Of a DNA stretch of 64,000 nt, positions 39,421 to 53,830 are shown piece after piece. Under the pieces are notes generated by a model that saw nothing but the letters and a program-made list of their open reading frames with translations, was not told where the DNA came from and ran no database searches. Source of the stretch: Octopus sinensis (lineage: Eukaryota). The translations under genes were made by a program, and so were the position numbers. The DNA lies in the NCBI RefSeq assembly GCF_006345805.1, contig NC_042997.1, positions 159,650,001 through 159,714,000 on the forward strand. The letters run 5' to 3'. Each line of letters begins with the position of its first letter. Positions within the stretch are counted from its first letter, which is position 1.

Positions 39421-40249
39421 CCGGGACTTATTTTTACCAGCCAGAAATGAAGAAAGACAAATAAGACCTCGCTGGTTTTGAAACCAATGCATACCAAAAT
39501 ATATTTTGCCCGATGATTTCAGGATTTATTTTATTCTTTTTACACATTTGCTTTAACATTTAATATATAATATATATATGTATACACATACACATGTATG
39601 TATATATGTATATATATATATTATAATATATATATATATTATAGTGTGTGTGTGTGTGTGGTGTGTGTGTGTGTGTGTGCGTGTATGTGTGTATACAGGA
39701 TTGAATCTTAGTCACAATTAAATAAATATCCGTTTTTATGTCATGTAGAATTGGAATCGTCGTGTGGATGAAGCATCTGACTGTTATTTCTTCATACCAC
39801 ACTACAGACATTCCATTGAGTTCTGGACTAGAATAGTTACTCCAATCATACATAAAGTTAGATTGTTGTTGTTTAAATACACACCATGCACAACTATACT
39901 CAAAGATGTTCCAGCTATAAACATAGTATTTTTAAGATGGTAGCGTAGTATTAGAATGGAATTTGGCTGCTACTTCAATCAGAACTTGTAACTATTAAAC
40001 GCTTTCTCGTTGGCTTGCATGAAAGCTTACACGTGAATATCTATAAAACAGGTAAAATAGAGAGTTATCTCCCTTTGACTTTCTTCCTCCGAAATGATTA
40101 AGATACTGATTTACAAGTTGAATGCTGTGTCATGCTATTTCACAACTAGTGCTGCGGTCTAAACGATCAAGGGACATAACTCTGACTTGATCGTTTAATC
40201 CCTTATTAATCGCTTTATCTCCTTATTGCTTCCTTAAATTTCTTTATTG

Positions 40250-41450
40250 TTTAACAGTACATAAGAAAACGAAATGGTTTACATCCTACTTCGTTTACAC
40301 TCGAGGAACTAATTATTAATACTATGACCTTTTACAAATTATACTGCAGGATTAACTTCCACGATCTACACCCTAGTCTCAAATTCACAAGGGAAATTAG
40401 CAACACACAATTACCACTTCTTGACATAATTGGTAATTAAAAACACAGCACCATAATCACAATTGATATATATTACAAAAGCGCAGATACACACCAGTAC
40501 TTAAATTTCAAATCATGCCACCCAGCACACAGAATGCGCAACATCCCGTACTGTCTAGCTAGGAAAATTTGTATTATAGTAGATGATACAAATACCAACA
40601 ACACACAACTTATAGAACTGAAATTATTTCTGCACAAGCAAAAACAACTTCCCCTAGTTACAGAAAATAGCCTACAACGAGCAAAAGAGATACCTATAGA
40701 ATAACTTAGAGCAACACGAGAAAGACGAAGTCAACAACGGAACACAATACCAATTCTAGTAACACCAGAACATTTTTAGCATCACCAAAATAAATTTTCC
40801 AATCATGAAACAAAATTAAAAATTAAAAAACATAATAACGAATCAAACACTTAGCTTAAACAAAAGGCAATTCCATAGCCTCAAGAACTATTAACAAAGG
40901 CAAGATTCAACATGAACAAACAGGATGAAACATTCACAATATCCAAGTGTAATGATAACAGATGTAGAACGTGTTAATACACGCATACTGGTAGATCCAT
41001 TAGAACGCAAAAATGGACAGGTTTTCACAAATGCAGATATCAACAGAAATTTGATCTACTATTTTAAATGACATAATTGCGAGGAACTGCCTATTAACGA
41101 GACAGGGAACACATATCGGAACTCTCACGAGTCAACAAATCCGGGACAGTAAAGCTCGCAAAATGCCATTGAGCGAACATATAGAAACATGTAATCAGAA
41201 AATATTTCTAATTTTTCCTTTCCTCAAACTAAATCACGCAAGTGAAGTTGGAAGAAATATAAAAGAAAACGTCTTATTAAAATGTTCAAACCTGTTCTGA
41301 ACGGAAATAACAGCAATAATATAACAACCAGTTAATGATGTGGATTAAAAAATATCTTTAACATATGAATATAAACAAATTACAGAAGACACCCACCGAT
41401 TGAAATAGAAACTAAGTTTGCTCACTAATAAAACCCTTACATGTAAACTG
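40250..41450 (+). mobile_element. Degraded Penelope-like element (RT thumb plus GIY-YIG remnant)
   Basis: YYKSADTHQYLNFKSCHPAHRMRNIPYCLARKIC, followed by KCNDNRCRTC. Confidence 0.75.
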
Positions 41451-41867
41451 CAAGCTAATTGGATAAAATAAAGGCGAAATCTATGCCAGTATTATCGTGT
41501 GCGCCCGGAAAACCGTGACGTTTAAGCAGTATTCTGATTGGTCAAAACTGTATTCCAAAAATCCAGCTAGTCGGAACCTTCTATAAAGTATAAAGAGGAA
41601 GAAGTCATTTTACTACAGTTGTCAAGAATTCAGCTGTCAGTTAAATACATTTTGAAATCTGATGGTTACTACGAACGTATGAAAGCACTAATTGATCTTT
41701 ATGAACACTACAATATATTTTTTTTATGTTTAACACACTTGAACATAGTAGATAATAGTTTAAATACAATAATAAAATACGTGAAAACCAGACCATGTCG
41801 TAAGTTTATTCACCTGATATATTATTCTATACACATTTACGCAAATTCGGAAACTATATATATATAT

Positions 41868-42716
41868 AGAAGGAGGTAACCGAAATTACCAGGAAACGTT
41901 CTCTGTAGGACGAGCCCTTTGTAGTTCAAAGCTCCCCCCACTAGAAAACACTTGATGCGACCCTCACGCATCAGTCCACCGACTGGCGTCGTCAGGTAAT
42001 TTCGTACTGCCGCGTCGATTTTTCCGATGACTGAACGAAAGAACAGCATGTCTGTGTAATACTGTTTTCTGCTGGGGAAAACGTCGACCGAAACAGTTGC
42101 CATGCTTCAAACGGCTTCCAAGAACGTTGTTACGTGTGGTTTTCACGCTTTAGGAATGGTCACTTGTCGCATGAAGACCCACACCATTCAAGGTGAGCGT
42201 TGACCTTCCAAACGAATAAAAACAAAATGAAAATTCGTGAACTGATTGTGGAGAAATGTCACCGAATAATTAACGAACAATTGACTACTGTATCCTGAAG
42301 CTCCTGCCAAAGATTGTTGAACTAGGAATTACGAATGAAAACAGTTGTAGCAAGATTTGTGCCTTGTTTGCTCATGCAAGATCAAAAGCAGTACGACTGA
42401 ATGCGTATCATGAACTGAAAGAACAGCTGGAAGTTGATCCGGACCTTTTTTCCGAAGGTCATCACTGGTGAGGAAAGCTGGTACTACGTAATTTAGAGGT
42501 GTGGAATTGGTGAAGAAGAAAAACGATGGAGGTGTTTAAAAAAGTATCACTTCGCAAGAATTCCAGGTCTAATTCGAACAGTGGATAATACATCTGGACC
42601 GATGCATTGCTTCAAACGGAGGAAACTTTGAAGGCAGTGTAAGTGTAAACATGTAAATCTAAGTGAAAAAAACGATATTGCAAAATTCCAGTTCTTTAGG
42701 AGTATCCTCTCGTATA
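41868..42716 (+). mobile_element. Internally deleted mariner element
   Basis: MKTVVARFVPCLL, VITGEESWYY (cf. TGDETW) and CIASNGGNFEG; 3' end cctctcgta-TA resembles a mariner TIR. The 5' end is approximate. Confidence 0.65.
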
Positions 42717-43585
42717 TGTATAAACAAGTCATCCAACGTTTAGGATGATATACACTATACCTCTGTACGACCAGAAAGAATTTAAAGGTCACCCTAAGAA
42801 AGTATCATTTATCAACTCAGACTATAATCTCCAACAGCTGATGGCTGTAGTGGCTGTACCTGCTGACCCGTTTATTTCAGACTCCACTGAAGAGTCATAG
42901 CTTAGGTGAGATCGAACAAAAGAATGTAATACCAATCCTTCATATCTGCAGATTGAATAGCAAAATAAGTCCAACATCACCACACACACCTCCATCCCCA
43001 TATAACTATCATTCCTCCTCTTCCTCTCTTCCCATCACCTTCCTTCCTCTCCGCCAAATACACACAGAAATACCCACATAACCAACATTTTCACTGGTTA
43101 AAACGGATAAACAACCTTTGGTAAACATCCATGAACGTCATATCGCCTGAAAAATTGAATCCATGAAATGGATCTACCCGATAACGATCCACTTCATGAA
43201 GTACGGAGTGTGATCGTTAGACACGTGTGATGTATTCCCTCTCATGCACAGATTTTTAATTAATGTTTTAAACTAAACACTTTGAAATTTCGGATACTGG
43301 GAGAATGTGTCACGTAGAAAAGGGTTTAATCTTAACGTTTTTGACAAAAGTTTGTATTTTAGAAGTTATTTCGTGTTAAATTGTCGTATTTGGGTAATTT
43401 TAACCAATCAATGACGTGTATTCACCTGAAGAAAATGATTGCTGCTGTTTCCGACCAACAACTTCCGGGACAATTGACAGAGCGATGAATCTTCGACAAC
43501 AGAAAAATTTAAACTGAAAACCTCCCAAACAAAACCCTTCTTTAATAACCGGAGATGTTTTTATAGTAACATATATGATAATGTG

Positions 43586-43625
<40 letters not shown>

Positions 43626-43655
43626 CATGTATATATACATATTTGTGTGTGTGTG

Positions 43656-43696
<41 letters not shown>

Positions 43697-44355
43697 TTGT
43701 GTGTGTGTGTGAGTGTACGTATATATATAAATACATTAATAATAGGCAGAAATTACAGAGTGACAATGGCCAAATTCCGGTTTGATAATTGTCAATACAT
43801 GAAACTCTCAGCTTTTGACTTACTCTCTAACTTCTGCCGATGTAAATGAGCCAAAAATAAGCATATGTAAGAACTACTAATTTAACCGTAAATGCCACAA
43901 TAATGTCTATATACATAAAACTGAGAATGTGTCTGTCTGTCTGTGGGAATCCCTAAAAATTGAGAACTACACTACCAATTTCATTCAAATTTTACACATG
44001 CCTTACTTAGGGTGCAGGTAGTGTCATGGGCAAAAACAAATTTTAACTTTTTGCATAGTGCGACCCCGCAGCAATAATCGTGTCTTCTCCACTATGTCAG
44101 TATTACATGTCAAAAGTGAAAGAAAAATATGTCTCTATTGTAATATCCCGTGATTTCACTTTAATACTTTCACTTTAATACTGAAACTATTAAATTGAAA
44201 CTATTATATAAGAGGGATGAACTGTAACTGGACATCCATTATGCTAGAAGAAGATCCGCTATGGTCTTATATGCTACACCACTGGTTTTAAATTCATATT
44301 AATCAAATTAATATTCAATTTTTCACCCTTATTATTTTAAATTTAAATTTGCATG

Positions 44356-44436
<81 letters not shown>

Positions 44437-44515
44437 CATATATAGATAGATAGATAGATAGATAGATTTATAGATAGATGTGTACATATAGATGTATATA
44501 TAGAAGATCGAAAAT

Positions 44516-44558
44516 CCACCTGAAGATTGTCGGAGCAGACATGAAACATTTGTAGTGG
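44516..44558 (+). ncRNA. Minimal type-I hammerhead ribozyme, same family as 14797-14839
   Basis: CCAC-CTGAAGA-TTGTC ggagca GACAT-GAAAC-ATTT-GTA-GTGG; the 140-bp unit 44510-44650 is homologous to 14790-14935. Confidence 0.78.
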
Positions 44559-44729
44559 CGGTTTATTTAATTTATATTAAAATTTTATGTATTGATTAAG
44601 TCTTTCCTTGTTTGGTTTTAAAATAGTGGTTTTGTCTCGAATTATATTATATAATATTTTACTATAAATTGGATTTAACCCTAAATCTGATTTTTCCCTG
44701 TAATTTTGGATTCATTCCCTAATATTTAT

Positions 44730-44989
<260 letters not shown>

Positions 44990-45508
44990 CATGTATATAT
45001 ATGGATGTATGTTATATATATATATTATATATATATATAAATTTATAACACTGAGGGTCTTTGCAACAGGTTGCTAGACCACATACCGAAAGTATTAGAA
45101 ATAGCAGCCAGACGACTGTTATTTCTTTTACTACAAAAATATGTCCCTCAAACAACAGTATTTGTAACTCACTATGGCAAAAAAAAAAACGAAGAAAAAT
45201 AACGAAATCAAACAATGCCCGGTCAATTATGGACGCACGTTTCTGGATTAAAATCAGATATTCATTTCCTTTATCAACATAATATTCCGATAAATAAATC
45301 TGAAAATGCTAGAAAAATCTCACCACCATATTCCGAACAAGCGACATCGGACATATAGAAGCCACCAGCATATCCACATTTATATAGACAAGTGAATTCG
45401 TATCTCCCTCTAGATTTTCCCCCACGTGAGTCACAAATAATACTGCCGAAAATGAATTCGTAGTTCCGTCGTAGGGGAATAAAATAATCAATACAGATGA
45501 AGGGTATT

Positions 45509-45585
<77 letters not shown>

Positions 45586-45780
45586 TATATATATATATAA
45601 TATTATATACATGTATATATATACATGTATATGTATAGATGCATTTCTATAGATATAGGTGTATATGTATACATGTATGTGTAGATATATACATATATAG
45701 ATGTAATATGTACATATATATATACACATATATACATGCACGCATATATAGACCCATACACACACACACACACATGAATA

Positions 45781-46620
45781 GGTACAGGTGTGGCTGTGTG
45801 GTAAAGCATTTTCAGATTTATTTATCGGAATATTATGTTGATAAAGGAAATGAATATCTGATTTTAATCCAGAAACGTGCGTCCATAATTGACCGGGCAT
45901 TGTTTGATTTCGTTGTTTTTCTTCGTTTTTTTGCCATAGTGGTACAGGTGTGGCTGTGTGGTTCCAAAACACATGGTCCTGAGTTTAGTCTACTGTGTGG
46001 TGACTTGGCATGTGTCTTCTGCTATAGCCTCAGACCAACCAAAGCTTTGTCAGTGGATTTTGTAGACAGAAACGGAAAGAAATCAATCGTATATATATGT
46101 ATGTATATATATATAACTCTATGTGTGTGTCATCATTGCTTCACAACTGGTGTTCGTTTATTTACATCCCCATAACTTACTGATTTTACAAGAAGAAGCT
46201 GACAGAAAAAGTACCAGGCTTATCAAAATAAAACAAGCACTAGGCAGTGTCTCATATTTTTATTTGCCCACTCAGTTGTATCTATCAATTCATATTTGTG
46301 TGTGTCTGTGGGTGTATACATACATATATATATATATGGATTTCGTAGACAGGAACTGAAACAAATCAATCGTATATATATGTATATATATATATGTAAG
46401 AGTATGTGTGTGTGTCTTTGTCTCTGTGTTTCGCCCTCATTACTGGTTCACAACTGGTGATCATTTATTTACAACCCCATAACTTGCTGGTATCACAAGA
46501 ACAAACTGATACAATAAGTACCAGGTTTATCAACATAAAAAAGCACTAGGCTGTCTCTCATATTTTTGTTTGCCCACTCAGTTGTATCTATCAATTATTT
46601 TGTTTCTGTGTATGTGTGTA
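45781..46620 (+). mobile_element. Rearranged SINE: duplicated head with a templated insert, and a tandemly duplicated tail
   Basis: Head ggtacaggtgtggctgtgtggt occurs twice; body matches the family at 62395-62758; tail unit of about 280 bp repeated at 46055-46335 and 46336-46620. Confidence 0.7.
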
Positions 46621-46639
46621 TCGATATATATATGTATAA

Positions 46640-46785
<146 letters not shown>

Positions 46786-48004
46786 TGTATATAACACCTT
46801 AATGGGGGCCTTATTTGGAAATTATATTCTATGCATAAGGGCCATAACCCCCATGACAATTCATATATTTTTGCTGTTGATGAAATTTTAACCATATATA
46901 TTAGACACAAATCAAGTAATATTTATAAAATTTCATCTTCTTACAAGTTAGAAATACCCCTCCATGGGGACTTAAAACCCATAATTTTGTCATTTTATCT
47001 AAGCAAAGACGAATACAGTTGTACTTTTGGAAGCTGTAGGGTTACTCGAGCTTAAAAGATGGGCATTATTTGTAATTCAGGGGTAGAACAGTGTGTCAGT
47101 TTGCTTTAACATACACTTACATTGCGATTTATGCAATGTTGTGCATAAATTGTCAAGTAAATGAGAGATATCTTTGCCTCCACTGATTCAGTTGTAAGTG
47201 TTGAGTAAAGTTATATGATTGCAGACCTCCTTTCAGTTTTTTATTATCACTGGGTCACACATAGTCCCCAGATGGTAATATTAATTTCAAGGCCTTCCCA
47301 GATGGGTAACTCGTCATTCAAAAACATTTATAGATTGTAAATTTATTCTGTCCAGTTACGTATCAGTATAGTTGTCATTTGGAAACTCCAGAGGTGACAT
47401 TTTCATTTCCCCTTAGCCCTCACGTCACACTGTTGTTAATGTTTATTTCAGTTGGGTCACGCCCTTCCAATTGCTATAGATTCGTAATGCATCTTACGGC
47501 TGTGCCTGTTACCTGGATGGTGAGGAATCCTACATTGGGAGTGCTAACGACTAGGGTAGGGTAGCTGACTGCTTATTGTGATCATTCGTCTTATGGCTTC
47601 CTGTAGCTTTGCTCTCTTTTACAAAGCCAGTGGACATATATTCCCTATTTCAAATAAATTCAAACAATAGATATAAGACCCAAGTTAAAAAGATTCTCAA
47701 CAAGTCAACTTCTCTGCTTGACATTAAGACACCCACCCCCAACAGGGACCTTAACTCTCACATTTTAGAGCTCCATGACCTTCATTTTTCAGGAGCAAAA
47801 TCCTTTTAACAGTTTCAATAAGACTGAACTTTTGGAATATGCGCATAAAAATCAGTAGTATGGGATACATGTTGCACGATTACAATTTTTAGGGTGTGTA
47901 AAGAGGAAAATAACCCCCATCTGCAATTTAGATGAAATTTGAAACAGGTATTCCAGTTCAATACAGAAAATATAACAGAAAAGTCTAATTCTTCAATTGC
48001 ATGT

Positions 48005-48035
48005 AACACGGGCAAAGCCGGGTATATCTGCTAGT
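48005..48035 (+). mobile_element. Helitron-like 3' terminus
   Basis: GC-rich short hairpin-like cacgggcaaagccggg followed by CTAG-T (48031-48035). Related microsatellite-headed repeat pieces at about 43925-44040 (+) and 48290-48395 (-). Confidence 0.4.
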
Positions 48036-48425
48036 TATAGATAAATTTCTTAATATACATATATATTAAGCACATGTAATAAATTTTAATTTAAGAGTTA
48101 ATATGTAATTGTAAATACCTTGCAACATTGCAACTGCTACGATGCTTATTAACTGATAATTGAACGGTAAATATGTACTACAAGATGGTCTTAATTAAAA
48201 GTGAAACAATATTCACTTTTCACATGTAATACTGAACCAGTTTAGACGAATGCTCCGAGCATGCATTAGGCAAGACATTAAAAACACTCCATGGACCCTA
48301 AGTAATGCATGTGTAAAATTTGAATGAAATTGGTTGGGTACTTCTCGAGTTTTAGGGATTCCAACATACAGACAGACAGACAGTCAGACACACATTCTTA
48401 GTTTATATATATATATATACATATA

Positions 48426-48910
48426 AGAAGGATGACCACTAAGTGGATTTCTATTATGCTAGAAGTAGACCCCCCTATAGTCTTACCACTAAGAAAAGAT
48501 TGTTCTGAAGAAAATTCAGCAAGCGCCAGAACGTAAGAAAGCAAGACAAATGAAAAGATGCCAAACGTAAAGATTAATCGCAAACCCTATTTCATTGTTA
48601 CCACTTAAGTAAAGTCCGCAATTCATCACTGTGATCGTCATAGCGGGAGCCTCGTGTATCGTTCTGCAAATTATATTTTGCTATGGTGATCATACTAAAG
48701 AATTGCGGACATTTACGTAAGTAATTACGTAAGTGATAACAATGGAATCGGGTTTGTGATTAACCATTATATTTTGTGTCTTTTCAATTATCTTGCTCGC
48801 TTACGTTCTGGCGTTTGCCGAATTTTCTTGAGAACAATCTTTTCTTAGTGGTAATACCATAGGGGGTCAATTTCTAGCATAATGGATATCTACTTCGTGG
48901 TCAAACCCTT
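48426..48910. mobile_element. Foldback MITE with long imperfect inverted arms
   Basis: gaccactaagtgg...ccccctatag...aagaaaagattgttct...cgccagaacgtaag mirrored at 48690-48902; arms about 210 bp. Confidence 0.8.
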
Positions 48911-49036
48911 TTATGTATGTAATATAATTTTTCTGAATCTTCAGAATTTTCAATATGCAAGGCCACTGGTTTTAAATTGATATTAATCAAATTAATATTC
49001 AATTTTTCACCCTTATTATCTAATTTTATATATATA

Positions 49037-49076
<40 letters not shown>

Positions 49077-49081
49077 CACTG

Positions 49082-49138
<57 letters not shown>

Positions 49139-50524
49139 TGTGTTGTTTCTCTATGCACGGCCAAAACACTGGATCAATCTGCATCGAATTTGGCCTGACG
49201 GTTTTTCATTACTCGCGGAAGGTTCTAGTGGGGTGCAAATTTTGGCCCTTGCCTATATAGGGGCCCTAGCTTTTCCCTGCTCACTATACGACCCTTTTGA
49301 TTTCTTTTGCTTTTTTCAGCGGATTCCTATATTTTCGATAACGAAGATTCCGAATATGCAAAAGAAGCACGTTTTCAAAAGTTTTAAATTCTTCCCTCCT
49401 CACAAATTTTAAATTAACTTTTTCTCAATTTTTTCTTTTTACAATCTACGTGGAAAATACGGAGCTTAAAGATATGGTAAAAACAATTTTTAATTTAAAT
49501 GTTCAATGAATGAAGTATTCCAAAATTGATTCATTCACCCTTCCCCCTCGTCACCCTATACCGTTTTCTAAAACTGAAAATGAACTGCCAAAAATAACAG
49601 CTAGATGTCTGGAAAATTTCTGCGTTTGTGTGAGTGCGCGCACAATAACTTCTACAGCTTATGTGAATGTACAGAGAAAGTAAACAGAAATATGTTTTAC
49701 ATACCTGTCGTATACGTCGGTTTTGTTTTTTCGCTTTAAAGGTAAACGATTCTGATAGAAGCAAACACGATATTGAATAATTCTCCGTCATAGGTCTACG
49801 ACCCCACCTCTTCTTTTTGTGTTTAAATAAAGATAAACGCTTTTTAATTGTGATAATGAAACAAGGGTTTAATCCTTATCGACAAAATCCATTTTTCTTG
49901 CAAAAGAGAGGGTAGCATTTTCTCTCTTTTGCAATAGTTAATTACAAGGGAGAATGTGTTGGTACCAAAAACGTTAAAACTTTACTAACTTCATGGATCT
50001 GTCACTGAACCAGGATTCTAATTTCATTGCATACACACTTTCCTATCATTTATATAGTGAATTGGTAACATGGCATATAAAGATAACTTATTTTAATAGA
50101 ATTTATATGAGTACATTTCTGTAAATATTTTTCTTGCGCACTAAAACCATACCCCCCCCCCAACACACACTTGCATATATACACACGCGGATTCACATGG
50201 AAGAATTCCCATTTTGGAAGTAAGTTAAAGTTCTTATTATTTGGAATGAAGAACACAAACATAGGTGCTGAGCCAGTGACAAAACCTGTGTGATATATAA
50301 TTGTTTCAATTTTATTCTTTCAACTTTAATTCTGATGTGATAAAACTATAATATTGTTTCACTTTATTCTTTCTCTTTTAATTTTAACGTGATAACACTA
50401 AGATCACCTTATTTTACACATTTGCCGTTCAATTACTAGTTAACAACAATGGAAGCAGTCGCAAGGTTGCAAGGTATTTACAGTTACATATTAACCCTTA
50501 AATTAACATTTAATACATCGATTA

Positions 50525-50593
<69 letters not shown>

Positions 50594-50854
50594 GAAATTT
50601 ATCTATAATCATTATTGTGCTATTTACGGTTAAATTAGCAGTTCGAACATGTGCTTCTAATTGGTTAATTTGCTTATATTTGGTTCATTTACACTGAAGA
50701 CAATCTCCATCACCGTTATCTGTCCCTTCCCTCTTTCTCTCTCAAAATAATTGCCTCCTCTGTTCTTCTCTTTCTCCCCCTCTCAATACGATGCCTCCCC
50801 TGTGCATCTCTCTCTACCTTTCCTTTCTGCCAACTTTTTAACCACAACGTCCTT

Positions 50855-50893
<39 letters not shown>

Positions 50894-51231
50894 CTTTGCC
50901 CCTCCCTTCAGCTGATAACGTAACCATTTGGCATAAGTGTATTAATATCAATCAATTTTCTCTACTTCTTCCTCTCTTCTTTCTTCTCTACTCCTCCCTC
51001 TTTCATTCTTCACATCTCATTCACTCCACCTCAACTTCTCTAATTAACTGATGTATAACGGGTGAATGAACATGCAGATTATCATATATATATATACGTG
51101 TGTGTGTGTGTGTGTGTATGTGTTATAATTTAGAACACACCGTGAAAGGTTGTCAATCTAGTACTCGGAGTTGGGCTTTGAGAAGAGAATCACGCCTTTT
51201 CTTTTGTTTCAGGAAACGTTTTCACTTCTAT

Positions 51232-51238
51232 TATATAA
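51232..51238 (+). promoter_or_regulatory. Candidate TATA box of lectin gene B
   Basis: TATATAA about 145 bp upstream of the ATG at 51380. In AT-rich DNA this may be chance. Confidence 0.25.
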
Positions 51239-51379
51239 CAGAGAGACCGAAAAGCAAAATCAGGACGATTATTTCAAAAGACATAAAGCAGACGAGATTT
51301 CTTCTGTGAGGGAAGTGATAATCCTTTAATAACTAGTAAAGCATTTGAAGTTCCATCTATCACAATATTGTAAACAAAT

Positions 51380-51737
51380 ATGCTTTGCTTCTCAGTTAGT
51401 CACGACATTCATAAAGCAAATCTTTACGTAATCTTTACTTTCTCAATGTTATTATTCCAAATATGCTTGGGCAGTAATGTAGCTTTCAGAGAATATTATG
51501 GGACTCGTGTTGCACCTCCTCTAACTGCCATTCCAGAAGATGACAAATTAATCCAGATATCAAACATCCGATCAGAAGTTGAATGCTTTTCTCACTGTGT
51601 GACATATTCCGAATGTGGTATGATTATTTACAGCGTTTCCAATGAAGTATGCATCGTACGTAAAATCAAGCAATTACCTGGTGCCTCATCGTTCATCGAC
51701 ATTCCTGCAAACAGTATTTACACCATGCTACAAGCCC
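51380..51737 (+). CDS. C-type lectin gene B, exon 1: signal peptide-like segment plus PAN/Apple domain
   Basis: Hydrophobic LYVIFTFSMLLFQICLG, then SEVECFSHCVTYSECGMIIYSVSNEVCIV (PAN Cys spacing). GTGAGT donor at 51738, phase 1, joins 62001 in frame (C|CT). The start codon is uncertain. Confidence 0.8.
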
Positions 51738-52634
51738 GTGAGTAGTTTTTTGAGATTCTTTTCTATTTTATGTACTGTATATTTTTGTATTTTCCTTCAA
51801 CCTCTAGTAGATCTCCTTCAAGGATACCAATGTTCAAAGGCGTTCTAGTTGTGTCTGTTATTTAAAGCTTACCTTTCATATTGATGGCGCTATCTATCGT
51901 CTGAAGGAAATTAAACTTCGATTACTTGCAGGTCAAACGATCACATTTTTTGGATCGTGTTAATCATGTAGTTCACGTATAGTTATTCGTAATGTCATTT
52001 ACCCTGTAATAATGTCATATTTTAAACTGTAATTCATCCAGGCCTATTTAATTTCGACTTTTTTTTCCTAACACATTGGGATATTTATATGATTTGGCTG
52101 CAACAACATAGAAATCAGTTATTTTTTGGTTAGTATTGTACCGGTTTGTGTCGTAGAGTGCGAGCATGTGTATGTGTGCATTGTATAGGACCTAAAACTG
52201 TTGACCTAATCTTTCAAATAAAAGAATCACTTACCCACGTAATCGTAGCAGGAACAGCGTTTATTAATCTTACACACGCCCACCTCTATGTTAGTTTTCA
52301 ATAAACGTATAGCTTATTGTTTCTAATGTGAGCACTAGGCCAGAAACAAGATCAAATACTGGTGTCGATTTTATCAATACAACTGCCGTGTATTTTATGT
52401 AATAATATCAATTTTTTTTCAAAAGTTTTACTTTTTCTGTGTCTTTTATTCATTACACTTGTTATCAGTAGTTTGTTTGCTATAGTCAATATTTTGTCTT
52501 GCACATTCTATTATACTACCATAAACATGCAGCTCACTAGTTGTTGTATCGCACGTTCGAGGTACGATATAACGGGATAATAATAATGTACTAGCAAATC
52601 GTTCCACTCAAGATACTGGCCTTTTCTCTGCTTA

Positions 52635-53830
52635 ATTCTTTATTAGGCACAAAAGCCCGAAAGACGGCGCAAGGACAGGCAGAACAGTACAAGTGTGGAC
52701 AAAACAAGAAAAGGATGAAAGAAAAAATTATATGAAAAATGAAAGTGAAATGGCCACTCGAGTCCCACATTCGGGTGGTTACATTTAACTGGGTCTTTTC
52801 TCAGTTTTTCTTATCAAATTTTCATCAATAAAACTTTTACTTACTGTATTTATCACATTTAATTCTTCTTGGCTGGCTTGGACCACCATTTCCAGTCCAT
52901 AACTCCAACAATTTAGCTTCTAAGTTCTTGTAACTTGCAATACTTTGATTTCTTTCGTTTCATAAGCTATGACTAATACCAACCATACTTCCTCTATTTC
53001 TGGCGATATCCTGTGCCAACCCTGATTCTCGCGACTCTTTTGCCGCAGTAGGTTGGCAGGAGCACCCATTCCTGTGATCTCAGAGGTACAGTGGAGTGAT
53101 TGATTGCCTCTTCTTCCGTGGCAAACCTCACCTCCACTGTACCGAACTCTTTTGCTCTGGTGTAGCAGGTGGTTACACTTTTCATAATTCTAGACATTTT
53201 TCAAAAGCCTCCTCTGTCGCTATTTCAATTTTCTTGCTAGATAAAAACAGGGTTCTGTATAGCACTGTCCTTCTCCTGGTACTATTGGTCACTTCCACTG
53301 GAGGGGTGTGCCGCAGGCTTTCCCCCTCCTTCTGGAGCAGCTCCCTGTGACTTCAAATCTTCTTGCGGTTTATTACTACCTTTCGCATTTCCAATGTGTT
53401 TGTAGCGTTTGTTGTGCGACTACCCGCCGAAGCTGCATAACTCCCGATATGTTCTGGCGAACACTCCATTTCAAAATTCTTTACACCAAACTGAGGAAAT
53501 GAAAGTCAAACAAAAAACAAGTCTGAAAGCGAAACAGCAATAACAATAACAGCAGCAGTATTCCAAAGAACGTAACAGTAGGTACGCAGCCGCAAACAAA
53601 ATCACATATGCAAGATTCTTTACTATGCAAAATTCTTTATTGGGCATAAAAGGCATGAGTGGTACAAGGACAGACAGAACAATACAAGTGGGGAAAAAAG
53701 CATAAAACGGATGAAAGGTGAAATTATATAAAAATTAAGGTGAAGTGGCCACTTGAACACCACTCTCGGGTGGTTACATTTAACTACTTTCGTTTTCAGT
53801 TTTCTATCAAATTTTCATCATTTAAATTTT
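52635..53830 (-). mobile_element. L1/Tx1-like fragments: ORF1 piece (52990-53350) and two 3' ends in direct repeat (52640-52840, 53635-53825)
   Basis: RTVLYRTL...KEFGTVEVRFATEEEA...LLPTYCGKRVARIRVG; both 3' ends terminate in aataaagaa on the minus strand. Confidence 0.7.

Noticed and set aside
42883-42925. CTGAAGA...GATCGAAC hammerhead-like motif
   Set aside because: GAAA is broken and there is no stem III or cleavage triplet.
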